Shown here: positions 1-9,005 of the stretch, one piece after another
Layout: the number at the start of each line of letters is the position of its first letter
Numbering within the stretch: position 1 is the first letter of the stretch
Source of the DNA: a virus
Taxonomy: Duplodnaviria; Caudoviricetes
IMG/VR virus record: IMGVR_UViG_3300027759_000044
Length of the DNA stretch: 64,000 nt
Direction: 5' to 3' (one strand)
Notes under the pieces: generated by a model
What the model was told of the DNA's origin: nothing
Database searches by the model: none
The model's input: only the letters and a program-made list of their open reading frames with translations
Made by a program: the position numbers and the translations under genes

Positions 1-483
1 TATTTAAATGAATGTTATCAAATACAAGAAATGTATGAGGATATAACTATAACTAATAGTTGGGGTAATATAACTAAACCAAATCAAAGCCATCATCAAC
101 ATATTCACCCATTAAGTGTAGTTAGTGGTGTGATATATTTGGATAATAATGTTGATAATTTAAATTTAAATTTTATGTTTAAAAATAGAACAGCAGATAT
201 ACCATTTTTTATGGAAAAAGACAAAGAGGCAACTTTGTCATTAAAAGGAATATTAGAACTATACGGACATAGTGCTATATTACATAATAATCTTAAAAAT
301 CATTTAATTTTGTTTTTATCTAATCTATCACACTATGTTACACCTACACCAATAAATTCTATTCCCCGAAAATCAATATCATTTAATACATTTTGGAAGG
401 GTATGGTTGGCGCCAAAAACAACCCGTTAAGCACTATTAGTTTTGACCAACTATCAGTACGCCCAAATCACGCTACTATTTGA
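1..483 (+). CDS. Putative 2OG-Fe(II) oxygenase, TIGR02466-like (frame open to window start)
   Basis: WGN...HHQHIHP..VSGVIYL...HYV...R.SISFN pattern; no stop between base 1 and the ATG at 31. Confidence 0.6.
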   Translation, partial: YLNECYQIQEMYEDITITNSWGNITKPNQSHHQHIHPLSVVSGVIYLDNNVDNLNLNFMFKNRTADIPFFMEKDKEATLSLKGILELYGHSAILHNNLKNHLILFLSNLSHYVTPTPINSIPRKSISFNTFWKGMVGAKNNPLSTISFDQLSVRPNHATI

Positions 484-508
484 CAATAAATGGGCTTTCT
501 GCTACAAT
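480..508 (+). promoter_or_regulatory. Early sigma70 promoter cassette 1
   Basis: TTGACA-ataaatgggctttctgc(17)-TACAAT, then AAGGA and ATG 542. Confidence 0.85.
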
Positions 509-541
509 AGATACTTAGACAGTTAGATAAAGGACTAGGAA

Positions 542-808
542 ATGACTAAGAAAATCTCTATCAAAGTATTCGCAGACCCCGGACATGCTTGGGCACGTTT
601 CCCTAAAGCAAAATTGGTCAGTCTCGGTATTGCTGACAAAATTAGTACTTATAGTTACATGAATGGTTCCAATGCGTTTTTGGAAGAGGACTGTGATTTG
701 AGTACTTTATTAGTAGCCCTTCGTGACCGTGGGTATGAAATCAAATTCAACGAAAGCCACACTAACCGTCAAAGCAAAATCCGCGGTTACAATACATACA
801 AAATTTGA
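542..808 (+). CDS. Hypothetical early phage protein
   Basis: Own promoter and RBS; DPGHAW and FLEEDCD motifs. Confidence 0.8.
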   Translation: MTKKISIKVFADPGHAWARFPKAKLVSLGIADKISTYSYMNGSNAFLEEDCDLSTLLVALRDRGYEIKFNESHTNRQSKIRGYNTYKI

Positions 809-833
809 CAATAAATGGTTTTGGGTCTATAAT
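805..833 (+). promoter_or_regulatory. Early sigma70 promoter cassette 2
   Basis: TTGACA-ataaatggttttgggtc(17)-TATAAT-agagtcttattcagtcaaaaggag. Confidence 0.9.
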
Positions 834-863
834 AGAGTCTTATTCAGTCAAAAGGAGTTAGCA

Positions 864-1151
864 ATGGGTTTACGATACGATACAGTGGGCGAGATGATTA
901 CCATGAACGAAAGCCAAAAACGTGACATTCGTATGTACGGATGCACAGAGGCTCAAATGCGTGAGGCTGTAGAACAAAGTATTACTTTTCGTCATTCTGG
1001 TCCTGCAATGATGGCCGCTAGTCTCATGTCCGATGCCCAAGAAATGATTAACACCGAGTACGGTGACATTGACTATATGCGAGCCGAAGATGCCCGTCAA
1101 GCCCTGAACCGTGCAAAATGGATACTTTTTGAGTATTGCGACAAACGCTAA
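864..1151 (+). CDS. Hypothetical early protein (start revised to 864)
   Basis: AAGGAG RBS before ATG 864; the track start at 723 would cross the promoter. Confidence 0.8.
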   Translation: MGLRYDTVGEMITMNESQKRDIRMYGCTEAQMREAVEQSITFRHSGPAMMAASLMSDAQEMINTEYGDIDYMRAEDARQALNRAKWILFEYCDKR

Positions 1152-1154
1152 AAT

Positions 1155-1183
1155 TTGACATTAAATGGTTTTGGGTATATAAT
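1155..1183 (+). promoter_or_regulatory. Early sigma70 promoter cassette 3
   Basis: TTGACA-ttaaatggttttgggta(17)-TATAAT. Confidence 0.9.
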
Positions 1184-1215
1184 AGAATCTTAGACAGTCA
1201 ACTAAAGGACACAAA

Positions 1216-1476
1216 ATGAAAGAAGTTACAGCAATCAAAGTTATTCAAAAAGACGCTGAATTTTTAGGTATGGGTTTCTTGTCAATGATGAAATTCATTG
1301 AGACCAACCCGCTAGCACAAAACAGTAAGACTTTGGAAGCCTTTAAGGTTCTTAACCCTTACTACGTTTTCCCTAAGAAAACGGTCAAAAATCTAATGTC
1401 CGGCAAGGAAATAGAGATTGATGCTGACACTCCACACTGTTGTAATCCTGCAACAGAGACTTATTGGTCAATGTAA
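1216..1476 (+). CDS. Hypothetical early protein
   Basis: Promoter plus AAGGA RBS. Confidence 0.8.
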   Translation: MKEVTAIKVIQKDAEFLGMGFLSMMKFIETNPLAQNSKTLEAFKVLNPYYVFPKKTVKNLMSGKEIEIDADTPHCCNPATETYWSM

Positions 1477-1480
1477 AAGG

Positions 1481-1509
1481 TTGACAATAAATGGGTTTGG
1501 GTATATAAT
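1481..1509 (+). promoter_or_regulatory. Early sigma70 promoter cassette 4
   Basis: TTGACA-ataaatgggtttgggta(17)-TATAAT-agagtcttattcagtcaaaagga. Confidence 0.9.
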
Positions 1510-1538
1510 AGAGTCTTATTCAGTCAAAAGGAAACAAA

Positions 1539-1886
1539 ATGTTGTTAGTTAATAAATCTCTCAAAACTTCAGGTAACGGTTTTTGGTCAAGTGCAGTTAA
1601 ATCTGTTAAGGTTACAGGTCTGGACCTCTCTTATGTAAGTGACAAAGGTGAATTCGGTGAGTTGCGTGTGTACTTTGATACTACATCTTGGAACGTTGAC
1701 AAAGACGGATTGATCTATACTGACAAACAATTCATTAAGGAAGTGAAAAAATTGTTGGCCGAACAACATCTCGGTACTGACGTTTCATATTCCGAGCAAG
1801 GTATGCAAGGTGATACTTTTGTATCACTGGATTGCGGATCCGAATTCATCAAATCTTTCCAAAATTTGCTTACAGTGGAACTGTGA
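1539..1886 (+). CDS. Hypothetical early protein
   Basis: Promoter plus RBS; YTD..F and YSEQGMQG motifs. Confidence 0.8.
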   Translation: MLLVNKSLKTSGNGFWSSAVKSVKVTGLDLSYVSDKGEFGELRVYFDTTSWNVDKDGLIYTDKQFIKEVKKLLAEQHLGTDVSYSEQGMQGDTFVSLDCGSEFIKSFQNLLTVEL

Positions 1887-1899
1887 AAGGTAATACTAA

Positions 1900-2121
1900 A
1901 TGACTAAATTTGAAAACCTCCAGGAACTGTTGTCTTTGCTCAACGAAGCGCAGGATTTGATTGAAGAAATTTACGGTGATGCAGACGAGGCTTTTGACAT
2001 GTCCATCAACCTTAGTAATGTCATCTCCGATGTAGAGGTTGAGATAGATTTTGAGGACATTAGACTTGACCAAAACTTGACAATAAATGGTTTTCCTGTT
2101 ATAATAGAATCTAGACAGTAA
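1900..2121 (+). CDS. Hypothetical acidic protein
   Basis: AAGG RBS; 3' end runs through the next promoter. Confidence 0.6.
   Translation: MTKFENLQELLSLLNEAQDLIEEIYGDADEAFDMSINLSNVISDVEVEIDFEDIRLDQNLTINGFPVIIESRQ
2077..2105 (+). promoter_or_regulatory. Early sigma70 promoter cassette 5
   Basis: TTGACA-ataaatggttttcctgt(17)-TATAAT. Confidence 0.9.
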
Positions 2122-2137
2122 AGAAAAGGACTACAAA

Positions 2138-2410
2138 ATGCGTACAAAAACTATCATCGATGGCTTCAAAAATTCACAAAAATTCCGTGTAATTTTCAAG
2201 GGTGACGGATCCGAAAACGATATCGGTATGTATATGACAGTCCAGCAAATGACGGAAATGTTTGCTACCAATACAGCCCGTACAGTTTGCTGGGATGCGT
2301 TGATTAAATTGTCTTATTTGCGTTATGAAGCCAAACGTAAAAATGAGACGGTTCCTACAGGTCTAGGACATACTTTCCGCAACAAACAGGTCCAATTAGA
2401 TTTGGTGTGA
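2138..2410 (+). CDS. Hypothetical early protein
   Basis: Promoter plus AAGGA RBS. Confidence 0.8.
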   Translation: MRTKTIIDGFKNSQKFRVIFKGDGSENDIGMYMTVQQMTEMFATNTARTVCWDALIKLSYLRYEAKRKNETVPTGLGHTFRNKQVQLDLV

Positions 2411-2413
2411 GAT

Positions 2414-2442
2414 TTGACAATAAATGGCATTTGTGCTATAAT
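2414..2442 (+). promoter_or_regulatory. Early sigma70 promoter cassette 6
   Basis: TTGACA-ataaatggcatttgtgc(17)-TATAAT. Confidence 0.9.
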
Positions 2443-2475
2443 ATATACTTAAACAGTTAATTAAAGGATTTCAAA

Positions 2476-2958
2476 ATGGCAACACGTTCTACAATCGCTC
2501 TCGAATTTGCTGATGGTACTATCGGTCAAGTGTACTGTCACTGGGATGGTTACTTGGCTCACAACGGTAAAATGTTGCAGGAATACTATTCTAATCCCTT
2601 TATCTTGCGTGACTTGATTGACCTTGGTAGCTTGTCTAGCTTGCGTCCTCAAATTGGTACAAAGCATCCCTTCAGTATGTTTGAAGCAAACATGACTCAG
2701 GATGAATATGCTAACCTGTATCGTGACATGTGTACATTCTATGGTCGTGACTGCGGAGAAGGTAGTTCAGATGCTACATACTTCAAAGACTACGAACATT
2801 TTTTGGTTGATGGTCAAGAAGAAGAATACGATTACATTTTGCGTAATGTAAATGGTAAGGCTACTTGGTTTGTATCCGATCATGGCGGTGACTTTCAATT
2901 ACTGACAGTAGCATTGATTGAAGATATATTAGAAAATGTAGAAGTATTGCCCCTGTAA
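2476..2958 (+). CDS. Hypothetical phage protein (MATRSTI...YCHWDGY type)
   Basis: Promoter and RBS; N-terminal YCHWDGY motif recalled from phage proteins of unknown function. Confidence 0.85.
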   Translation: MATRSTIALEFADGTIGQVYCHWDGYLAHNGKMLQEYYSNPFILRDLIDLGSLSSLRPQIGTKHPFSMFEANMTQDEYANLYRDMCTFYGRDCGEGSSDATYFKDYEHFLVDGQEEEYDYILRNVNGKATWFVSDHGGDFQLLTVALIEDILENVEVLPL

Positions 2959-2967
2959 GGAGTGACA

Positions 2968-3114
2968 ATGAAAGACGAGTTACTGGTTAAACTAGCAGAA
3001 ATTGGCAATATCTTAACAGAAGCAACCTGTGATGGTGTGAAACTTACAGAGGCAGACGAAGTTATGGAAATTCTAGGACAACTAGAACAAGCAGTTGATT
3101 ACTATGTAGATTGA
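2968..3114 (+). CDS. Small acidic protein (48 aa, not in track)
   Basis: AAGGAG RBS; MKDELLVKLAEIG...YYVD*. Confidence 0.65.
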   Translation: MKDELLVKLAEIGNILTEATCDGVKLTEADEVMEILGQLEQAVDYYVD

Positions 3115-3129
3115 CCCAAGGAGTAATAA

Positions 3130-3462
3130 ATGGAAGCAGTAGTAGAAACAACAGTTTGGAATGATAGCAACAATGCTAATCATACTTACTTACTTGATGG
3201 AACCAAAATGGTTGCGTACATCAAGGTTGGTTCTACTACTCCTGTATATTTCAAAAACCCGATCACAATAGATAAACGTGGTCGTAAGTTTGTAGCAGTT
3301 AAGCCAAATCCTTTCAAGGCAGTAAAAGAAAAATCTACAATCATTAAAGTATCCGGCAGTAAAGGTAATGTTTACTCTATTGATACTGATGAAAAAACTT
3401 GTACATGTCCCGGCTTTATGTATCGTGGAACATGTAAACATATAACAGAATTAGTTAAATGA
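3130..3462 (+). CDS. SWIM zinc-finger protein
   Basis: C-terminal CTCPGFMYRGTCKH (CxC-x-CxH). Confidence 0.75.
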   Translation: MEAVVETTVWNDSNNANHTYLLDGTKMVAYIKVGSTTPVYFKNPITIDKRGRKFVAVKPNPFKAVKEKSTIIKVSGSKGNVYSIDTDEKTCTCPGFMYRGTCKHITELVK

Positions 3463-4307
3463 AAATAGCATTGTGTAGTGACTTACACTTAGAGTTTGAA
3501 GATATAATCCTTAGTAATACAGAAGGTGCTGAGGTCCTTATCCTATCCGGCGATATTATGTTGGCAGAAGATTTATATAATCATCCCCCAACAGTAACTA
3601 GCCCATATGAATCATATACTGAATTGGGTACAAGACAAAAAGCCGCACAAAGGTTCCGTGCTTTTCTTACTAGAGTAAGCAATGCGTTCCCTCATGTTGT
3701 TTATATTGCTGGCAACCATGAGTTCTATCATGGAAGATGGAGTGCTAGTTTAGATCACCTACGTGAAGCATGTTCTGCCTACTCAAACATTTACTTCCTT
3801 GAAAACGATATTAAGGTTATCAATGAAGTGTCCTTTATTGGTGCCACACTGTGGACTGATTGTAACAAGGTTGACCCACTAACATTACATGCTATAGCTG
3901 ACATGATGAATGATTATCGTGTAATTCGCAATGATGAACATGGATACAGTAAGTTACGTCCTGCACATACAGTACACCGTCATCAACAAACACTAAGTTA
4001 TTTGAAACAAGTGTTGGTTGATATGAAGGATAAGAAAGTTGTATTTGTAGGACATCATGCCCCTAGTTCAATGAGTACCCATGACAGATACAAGCATAAT
4101 GTTCATTATGTAATGAATGGAGGTTATCATAGTGAATTAAGTGAATTCATTTTAGACCATCCACAAATTGTGTTATGGACGCATGGTCACATGCATGACC
4201 CATTTGATTATAATATTGGCACTACCCGAGTGGTATGTAATCCTCGTGGTTACAAGGGTGCTGATCCTCAAGCCGATGTGTTTGAGTTAAAGTTTTTGGA
4301 CATCTAA
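3459..4307 (+). CDS. Calcineurin-like metallophosphoesterase
   Basis: SDLH, GD, GNHE, GHH, HGHMH motifs. Confidence 0.9.
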   Translation: MKIALCSDLHLEFEDIILSNTEGAEVLILSGDIMLAEDLYNHPPTVTSPYESYTELGTRQKAAQRFRAFLTRVSNAFPHVVYIAGNHEFYHGRWSASLDHLREACSAYSNIYFLENDIKVINEVSFIGATLWTDCNKVDPLTLHAIADMMNDYRVIRNDEHGYSKLRPAHTVHRHQQTLSYLKQVLVDMKDKKVVFVGHHAPSSMSTHDRYKHNVHYVMNGGYHSELSEFILDHPQIVLWTHGHMHDPFDYNIGTTRVVCNPRGYKGADPQADVFELKFLDI

Positions 4308-4403
4308 ATTAAACTAGGTGACCAAAAGATATTGTATATAACTCCTAGTTGTTATACAATAGTAACACGTTGTGAAAACAACGATTTTTTAAAGGAAACA
4401 AAA

Positions 4404-4664
4404 ATGACATTAACTAAACAAGCACGCCTTATTGAGGCATTTGAGCAAGGTGCAGAATTGACTGCAAAGCAAATTACCCAACGTTTTGGATTTGCTAACC
4501 CAACTGCTACAGTAAGCGATTTGCGCTTGCGTGGCGGATTGGCAATCTACGCTAACAAGCGTACAAACAAACTTGGTGGTACATACACTAAGTACCGTTT
4601 GGGTACACCTAGTCGTGAAGTTGTAGCCGCTGGTTACAAGGCCTTGGCAATGGGCCTTGTTTAA
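4404..4664 (+). CDS. Small winged-HTH-like protein (start revised to 4404)
   Basis: AAGGA RBS; LTAKQITQRFG..P.A.VSDLR pattern; TTGTAT-17-TACAAT upstream. Confidence 0.6.
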   Translation: MTLTKQARLIEAFEQGAELTAKQITQRFGFANPTATVSDLRLRGGLAIYANKRTNKLGGTYTKYRLGTPSREVVAAGYKALAMGLV

Positions 4665-4685
4665 TCTCAATTTTGAGATGTGAAT

Positions 4686-4709
4686 AAAGGGTGATTCGTC
4701 ACCCTTTTT
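4686..4709 (+). terminator. Intrinsic terminator
   Basis: AAAGGGTGA-TTCG-TCACCCTTT followed by T run. Confidence 0.85.
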
Positions 4710-4773
4710 CTGCCTTTATACTTGTGTTTAATTCAGTTGTATGTTATAATAGTCAATCAGATAGGAGATAGTA

Positions 4774-5289
4774 ATGAGTTTATTTCACAAAGTAATGAAT
4801 AAGTTAGGTCGTTATCGTTTGATTCCTGATCGTAGGACAGGTTTAGATTACATGCACCGCTATTATTTATTTCTCAAAGACCGTAATTGGTTTCCCTTCA
4901 ACGTTACATTACATAAGATTGTTCGTAGTGATGATCCTATATTTCATGACCATCCCTGGGGTTATATGACTATTGTTCTTAAAGGTGGATATTGGGAGCA
5001 TACACCAGTGTTTAATGATGACGGCAAAATGCTTACAGAATTTCAAACATGGCGTGGTCCGGGTAGTATCATTAAGCGTGGTCCGGGCGAATATCATTGG
5101 CTTGAATTAGATGGCGAACAACCAGCTACTACATTATTCTTCATGGGTCGTCAACAACGAGAATGGGGCTTTCTAGTAGAAGCAAAAAAAGGCATACATC
5201 GTTGGATTAAACATGACCATTATTTGAATGATTGGAAACCCTATCACGAGAAATATGTAATGTCTAAAGCTAATAGGAAACAACAATGA
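4774..5289 (+). CDS. Cupin-like hypothetical protein
   Basis: LHKI..SDDP.FHDHPW..GGYWE..YHWLEL His pattern. Confidence 0.6.
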   Translation: MSLFHKVMNKLGRYRLIPDRRTGLDYMHRYYLFLKDRNWFPFNVTLHKIVRSDDPIFHDHPWGYMTIVLKGGYWEHTPVFNDDGKMLTEFQTWRGPGSIIKRGPGEYHWLELDGEQPATTLFFMGRQQREWGFLVEAKKGIHRWIKHDHYLNDWKPYHEKYVMSKANRKQQ

Positions 5290-5444
5290 TGATTAGTGTT
5301 TTTGCTACATTGTTCTTTGGTTATATACTAGCAACCAAAGATTACAAAGATAGTCCTAAGTGGATGTACTACATAGATGGACTAGTTTTTGCAATTAATT
5401 TTGCAATTGTTTTTAAGTACTTAACCGATATGATTGGATTTTAA
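5286..5444 (+). CDS. Small membrane protein (52 aa, not in track)
   Basis: ATGA overlap with upstream stop; two hydrophobic stretches. Confidence 0.55.
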   Translation: MMISVFATLFFGYILATKDYKDSPKWMYYIDGLVFAINFAIVFKYLTDMIGF

Positions 5445-5446
5445 TA

Positions 5447-5677
5447 ATGTTTATCTCTCTCACAAATGCCAGTGACTTACACAAAGGCAATAAAATTGCA
5501 ATCAATATTGATTTGATTTCAACTGTGTTCAATACTCCCAATCTTGCTAAAAAAGAAAATGGTATAATTGAAAACATCACATATGTATTTTGTCCTCCTC
5601 ATGGTACATGGGAAGTACAGGAATCGTTAGATGAAGTAGTAGCTGAATTAAACAACTTTAGATGGAATAAAAAATGA
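5447..5677 (+). CDS. Hypothetical protein
   Basis: Tightly packed operon ORF. Confidence 0.7.
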   Translation: MFISLTNASDLHKGNKIAINIDLISTVFNTPNLAKKENGIIENITYVFCPPHGTWEVQESLDEVVAELNNFRWNKK

Positions 5678-5955
5678 ACGAAGATACTAGAGAAATTCTA
5701 TTAATCTTACAAGAAGAATGTGCCGAAGTTACACAAGCAGTAAGCAAGTGTTTTAGATTTGGACCAGATCAAATGAAACCAAATAAGCCAATGACTAATA
5801 TCCAAATGCTTGAAGAAGAATTGGGTGACTTGTTGGCTATGGTTGAATTGATTACAGATAACAATGTAGGTATTACAGTTGAAGGGTTAGATATGGCCAA
5901 AAAGAATAAATTTAAGAAATTAAAGAAATGGTCTAACTTAACTATCAATAAATAG
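5674..5955 (+). CDS. MazG-like NTP pyrophosphohydrolase
   Basis: LQEECAEV..AVSK and LEEELGDLLAM motifs. Confidence 0.75.
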   Translation: MNEDTREILLILQEECAEVTQAVSKCFRFGPDQMKPNKPMTNIQMLEEELGDLLAMVELITDNNVGITVEGLDMAKKNKFKKLKKWSNLTINK

Positions 5956-5959
5956 TAGT

Positions 5960-6289
5960 ATGACACTGCTTGATATTATTTTAATCCTAGCTTTGGGATG
6001 GTTTATGGGTAAGTTTCATACAATGTATAAATTACGTAAAAACCTTCGTTCAATTATTATCATTGAAGAGGCGGCACGTAAACCAAATGTTTATAAATTA
6101 GAAACAGAAGAAATAGACAATACAATATTGCTATATGACCGTGAAACAAATGATTTTATTTGTCAAGGTAATTCATTAGAGCAACTAGCACAACTAAGTA
6201 GAGAATACAAAAAGATTGAATATGCTACAGTAAAGCACGGAGATTATTTTGTTGCATTTATTGAAGGCAAGGTAACTGAAAAAGTATGA
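5960..6289 (+). CDS. Hypothetical protein with N-terminal TM helix
   Basis: Hydrophobic N-terminus; packed operon. Confidence 0.7.
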   Translation: MTLLDIILILALGWFMGKFHTMYKLRKNLRSIIIIEEAARKPNVYKLETEEIDNTILLYDRETNDFICQGNSLEQLAQLSREYKKIEYATVKHGDYFVAFIEGKVTEKV

Positions 6290-6822
6290 AAATAAATATT
6301 GGCAATTACCCTAGAAAAGGTAATCGTAGAAAAATCAATGTTCAAATTGATAGATTTGATACTTGGAGTACAGATCACACTCTAGCTACTATTATCTATC
6401 CAGCATTAATTCAACTAAAACAAACTAAACAGGGTATCCCTAGTGAGTTTGTAGATGTTGGTGGTGAAGAATATAGCACACAACAAAGCTTTGATTTCTA
6501 TATTGAATCACACGATGAGGCATGGAACGAAGGTGCTAAACGTTGGGATGAAACATTAGATAAAATGATTTGGGCCTTTCACCAAATCGCATTTGAAGAT
6601 TATGGGGACAAATATCACCATGGTAAAAGTGACTATGATTGGATTAAAACTGATAAAACATATCCCAATCCTCTGACAGGTAAAGTAGAAGATACATTTC
6701 AAATGGTTGATAAAAATCCCGATGACCACTTCTATGATGCTGAAGGGCATCAATTACACGAAGACCGTATCCAAGAAGGTTTGGATTTGTTTGGAAAATA
6801 TTTTAGAGCACTCTGGGATTAA
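6286..6822 (+). CDS. Hypothetical protein
   Basis: ATGA overlap; 178-aa ORF. Confidence 0.8.
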   Translation: MKINIGNYPRKGNRRKINVQIDRFDTWSTDHTLATIIYPALIQLKQTKQGIPSEFVDVGGEEYSTQQSFDFYIESHDEAWNEGAKRWDETLDKMIWAFHQIAFEDYGDKYHHGKSDYDWIKTDKTYPNPLTGKVEDTFQMVDKNPDDHFYDAEGHQLHEDRIQEGLDLFGKYFRALWD

Positions 6823-6823
6823 T

Positions 6824-7063
6824 ATGTTTGATAAAATGGCGCAACAACTAGATATACAAACTCTAAGTAAAGGTAGAAAAGATTTTAAGATTAGTAAACA
6901 AGAGTTTGATGATTTTTTCAAAGAGTTTCTGTTTGAGCAGATTAAAGGCAACTACAGAATAGGTGAAGCTTTTTGTAAAAAGTATGACGAACCAAATTAT
7001 GTACTAAGTATCTTACCCGATCGTAGTGCAAAAGCACATATTAAAAAATTCTACGTTAAATGA
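6824..7063 (+). CDS. Hypothetical protein (start revised to 6824)
   Basis: ATG immediately after upstream stop; overlaps next ATG. Confidence 0.65.
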   Translation: MFDKMAQQLDIQTLSKGRKDFKISKQEFDDFFKEFLFEQIKGNYRIGEAFCKKYDEPNYVLSILPDRSAKAHIKKFYVK

Positions 7064-7560
7064 AACAAAAATTTATAGACTATTACATGGATATAGCTGA
7101 ACTAACAAGTAAGCTAAGTTCAGCCATTAGATTAAACGTTGGGGCAGTTATCGTTAAAGGTAACAAGATTTTAGGTACAGGGTACAACGGTATGCCAACT
7201 GGCTGGACTAATGAATGTGAATATAAAGAATACATGCCCGGTGATGTTTGGGACGGAGAGTTATATCCATTTGAAGAATATGATAGTACAGTTGAAAGTA
7301 ATCGTAGATATAGATTAGTTACTAAGGACGAAGTGTTACATGCAGAAATGAACGCAATCGCTAAAGTGTCCGCAAGTACCGAATCTAGTGAGGATGCTAC
7401 ATTGTTTATCACACACGCACCCTGCATACATTGTGCAAAAGCTATATATCAATCTGGTATCAAAAATGTATTCTACCGAGAAGCATATAGAGATACTAAA
7501 GGATTAGAATTTTTAGAACAAGGCAAAGTAAGTGTCACCCGATACACAATACAAAACTAG
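7060..7560 (+). CDS. Deoxycytidylate (dCMP) deaminase
   Basis: VGAVIV, GYNG, HAEMNAI, PC..C zinc motif. Confidence 0.93.
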   Translation: MKQKFIDYYMDIAELTSKLSSAIRLNVGAVIVKGNKILGTGYNGMPTGWTNECEYKEYMPGDVWDGELYPFEEYDSTVESNRRYRLVTKDEVLHAEMNAIAKVSASTESSEDATLFITHAPCIHCAKAIYQSGIKNVFYREAYRDTKGLEFLEQGKVSVTRYTIQN

Positions 7561-7732
7561 AATAACAATTGGTTACGGAGAATTAAAACCCGTGATTGAT
7601 TGGTGTCAAAGAAACTGTGCTAATGATTGGGGCTATGATTGTCAAGTGCCTGCAGGCCGTGATGGTGGATTATATGATTTCTATTTTGAAACTGAATCCG
7701 ACTACATAAACTTTATACTTTGGAAAAAATGA
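7532..7732 (+). CDS. Hypothetical protein
   Basis: Packed ORF; W and C rich. Confidence 0.55.
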   Translation: MSPDTQYKTRITIGYGELKPVIDWCQRNCANDWGYDCQVPAGRDGGLYDFYFETESDYINFILWKK

Positions 7733-7998
7733 AATATTATACTTTTTACCGTGAGAACAACAATTTCACAGATATACTAACCGACAACAACATTAAGAAG
7801 GTTGTTGATATGAAAATATCATGGCATAGACACTTAATGATTGGGTTGAAGGAAGCTACTAATAGCGGAACATTTAGCTATATTACACTAAAGTATGGTG
7901 ATGAGATGATACCAAGTTTAACTAAAGATTATAGTCCAGTACCCGGTGTTGATTATATGCCTAAGAAAGATATCACTACGTTTGGACCTAAAGATTAA
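7729..7998 (+). CDS. Hypothetical protein (start 7729)
   Basis: ATGA overlap with upstream stop. Confidence 0.65.
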   Translation: MKYYTFYRENNNFTDILTDNNIKKVVDMKISWHRHLMIGLKEATNSGTFSYITLKYGDEMIPSLTKDYSPVPGVDYMPKKDITTFGPKD

Positions 7999-8726
7999 TA
8001 AAGCATAGATAGCATCTTTGCTTCTGGGATACGAGTTGTAGTATTCTTTGAACCCAACAGGACTACAGTCCTGATTCCATTTGCTGTATCCATCATCATA
8101 ACAATACAACCACCGGCTTTGTTAATAAAGCCAGTTTTACTTACTAAGAATTTATAACCATGTCCTACTAGAGTATTGGTATTCTTAAATTCTGCTATTT
8201 TCTTTTTACCAATACTCCACCGTACAGCGTCCATATTACTTGCTTCTACTATTAATGGATAGGTGCTTGCGGCAAATACAAGTTTAATTAAATCGTGGGC
8301 TGTGCTGACGTTAGTATGCATTCTACCTGTAGGGTCTGTAAACATTGAGTTATTCATTTGTAATGACATTGCCTTAGCATTCATTGCTTCAATACAATTA
8401 TTATATCCGCCCGGATAGTAATCACATAATAGTTTAGCGGCATTGTTATCTGATTTGACTATTGCTAGATCAATTAATGTTTCTCTTGTTAGTTGTTTAT
8501 TGTATAGTTTTTTTGGAATAATTTCAGTTAGTGATTGTCCACTATCTAGTACAACCATAGCAGTCATTAGTTTAGTTATACTAGCGATGCTACGCACCTC
8601 AGTCATATTAGACCCTTCAAGTATTTTACCATTACTATCAGCCACTAACCAAGCCTGTGCTGTTAAAGGGTCGGCAAATACTGAAGTAATAGTTAGTGTT
8701 AGTATTGCTATAAGTTTTTTAATCAT
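7995..8726 (-). CDS. D-alanyl-D-alanine carboxy/endopeptidase (peptidase S11, PBP5/PBP7-like), secreted
   Basis: Signal peptide; ASITK (SxxK), SDN (SxN), KTG motifs. Confidence 0.92.
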   Translation of the reverse strand: MIKKLIAILTLTITSVFADPLTAQAWLVADSNGKILEGSNMTEVRSIASITKLMTAMVVLDSGQSLTEIIPKKLYNKQLTRETLIDLAIVKSDNNAAKLLCDYYPGGYNNCIEAMNAKAMSLQMNNSMFTDPTGRMHTNVSTAHDLIKLVFAASTYPLIVEASNMDAVRWSIGKKKIAEFKNTNTLVGHGYKFLVSKTGFINKAGGCIVMMMDTANGIRTVVLLGSKNTTTRIPEAKMLSMLY

Positions 8727-8735
8727 ATTATAAAT

Positions 8736-8981
8736 TTAAGGATAAGTCCAGCTATTTGATTCTGCGTCCCATACAGGGGGTGATGGTGGATAGAAGCTAA
8801 CCCAATTATGTGTTGTGTTATCCCATAGATATGGTTTACCATCTGATGGAGGATCAATTGGTGCTACCCATGAAACTTTTTCTTCATCCCAAATCCATGC
8901 ATCTGGATGAAAAGCATTATAAGCATTTTCTCTTACTTCTGCAATTTGTTCTGCGGTAGGTGTTATATTTTCTTGTATCAT
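8736..8981 (-). CDS. Small protein with three WD-x4-W repeats
   Basis: WDEEKVSW, WDNTTHNW, WDAESNSW. Confidence 0.7.
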   Translation of the reverse strand: MIQENITPTAEQIAEVRENAYNAFHPDAWIWDEEKVSWVAPIDPPSDGKPYLWDNTTHNWVSFYPPSPPVWDAESNSWTYP

Positions 8982-9005
8982 ATTTTTCCTTTGTGTTTAA
9001 ATTAT

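Noticed and set aside
723-863. 5' extension of ORF 723-1151
   Set aside because: It crosses a full promoter cassette; a strong AAGGAG precedes ATG 864.
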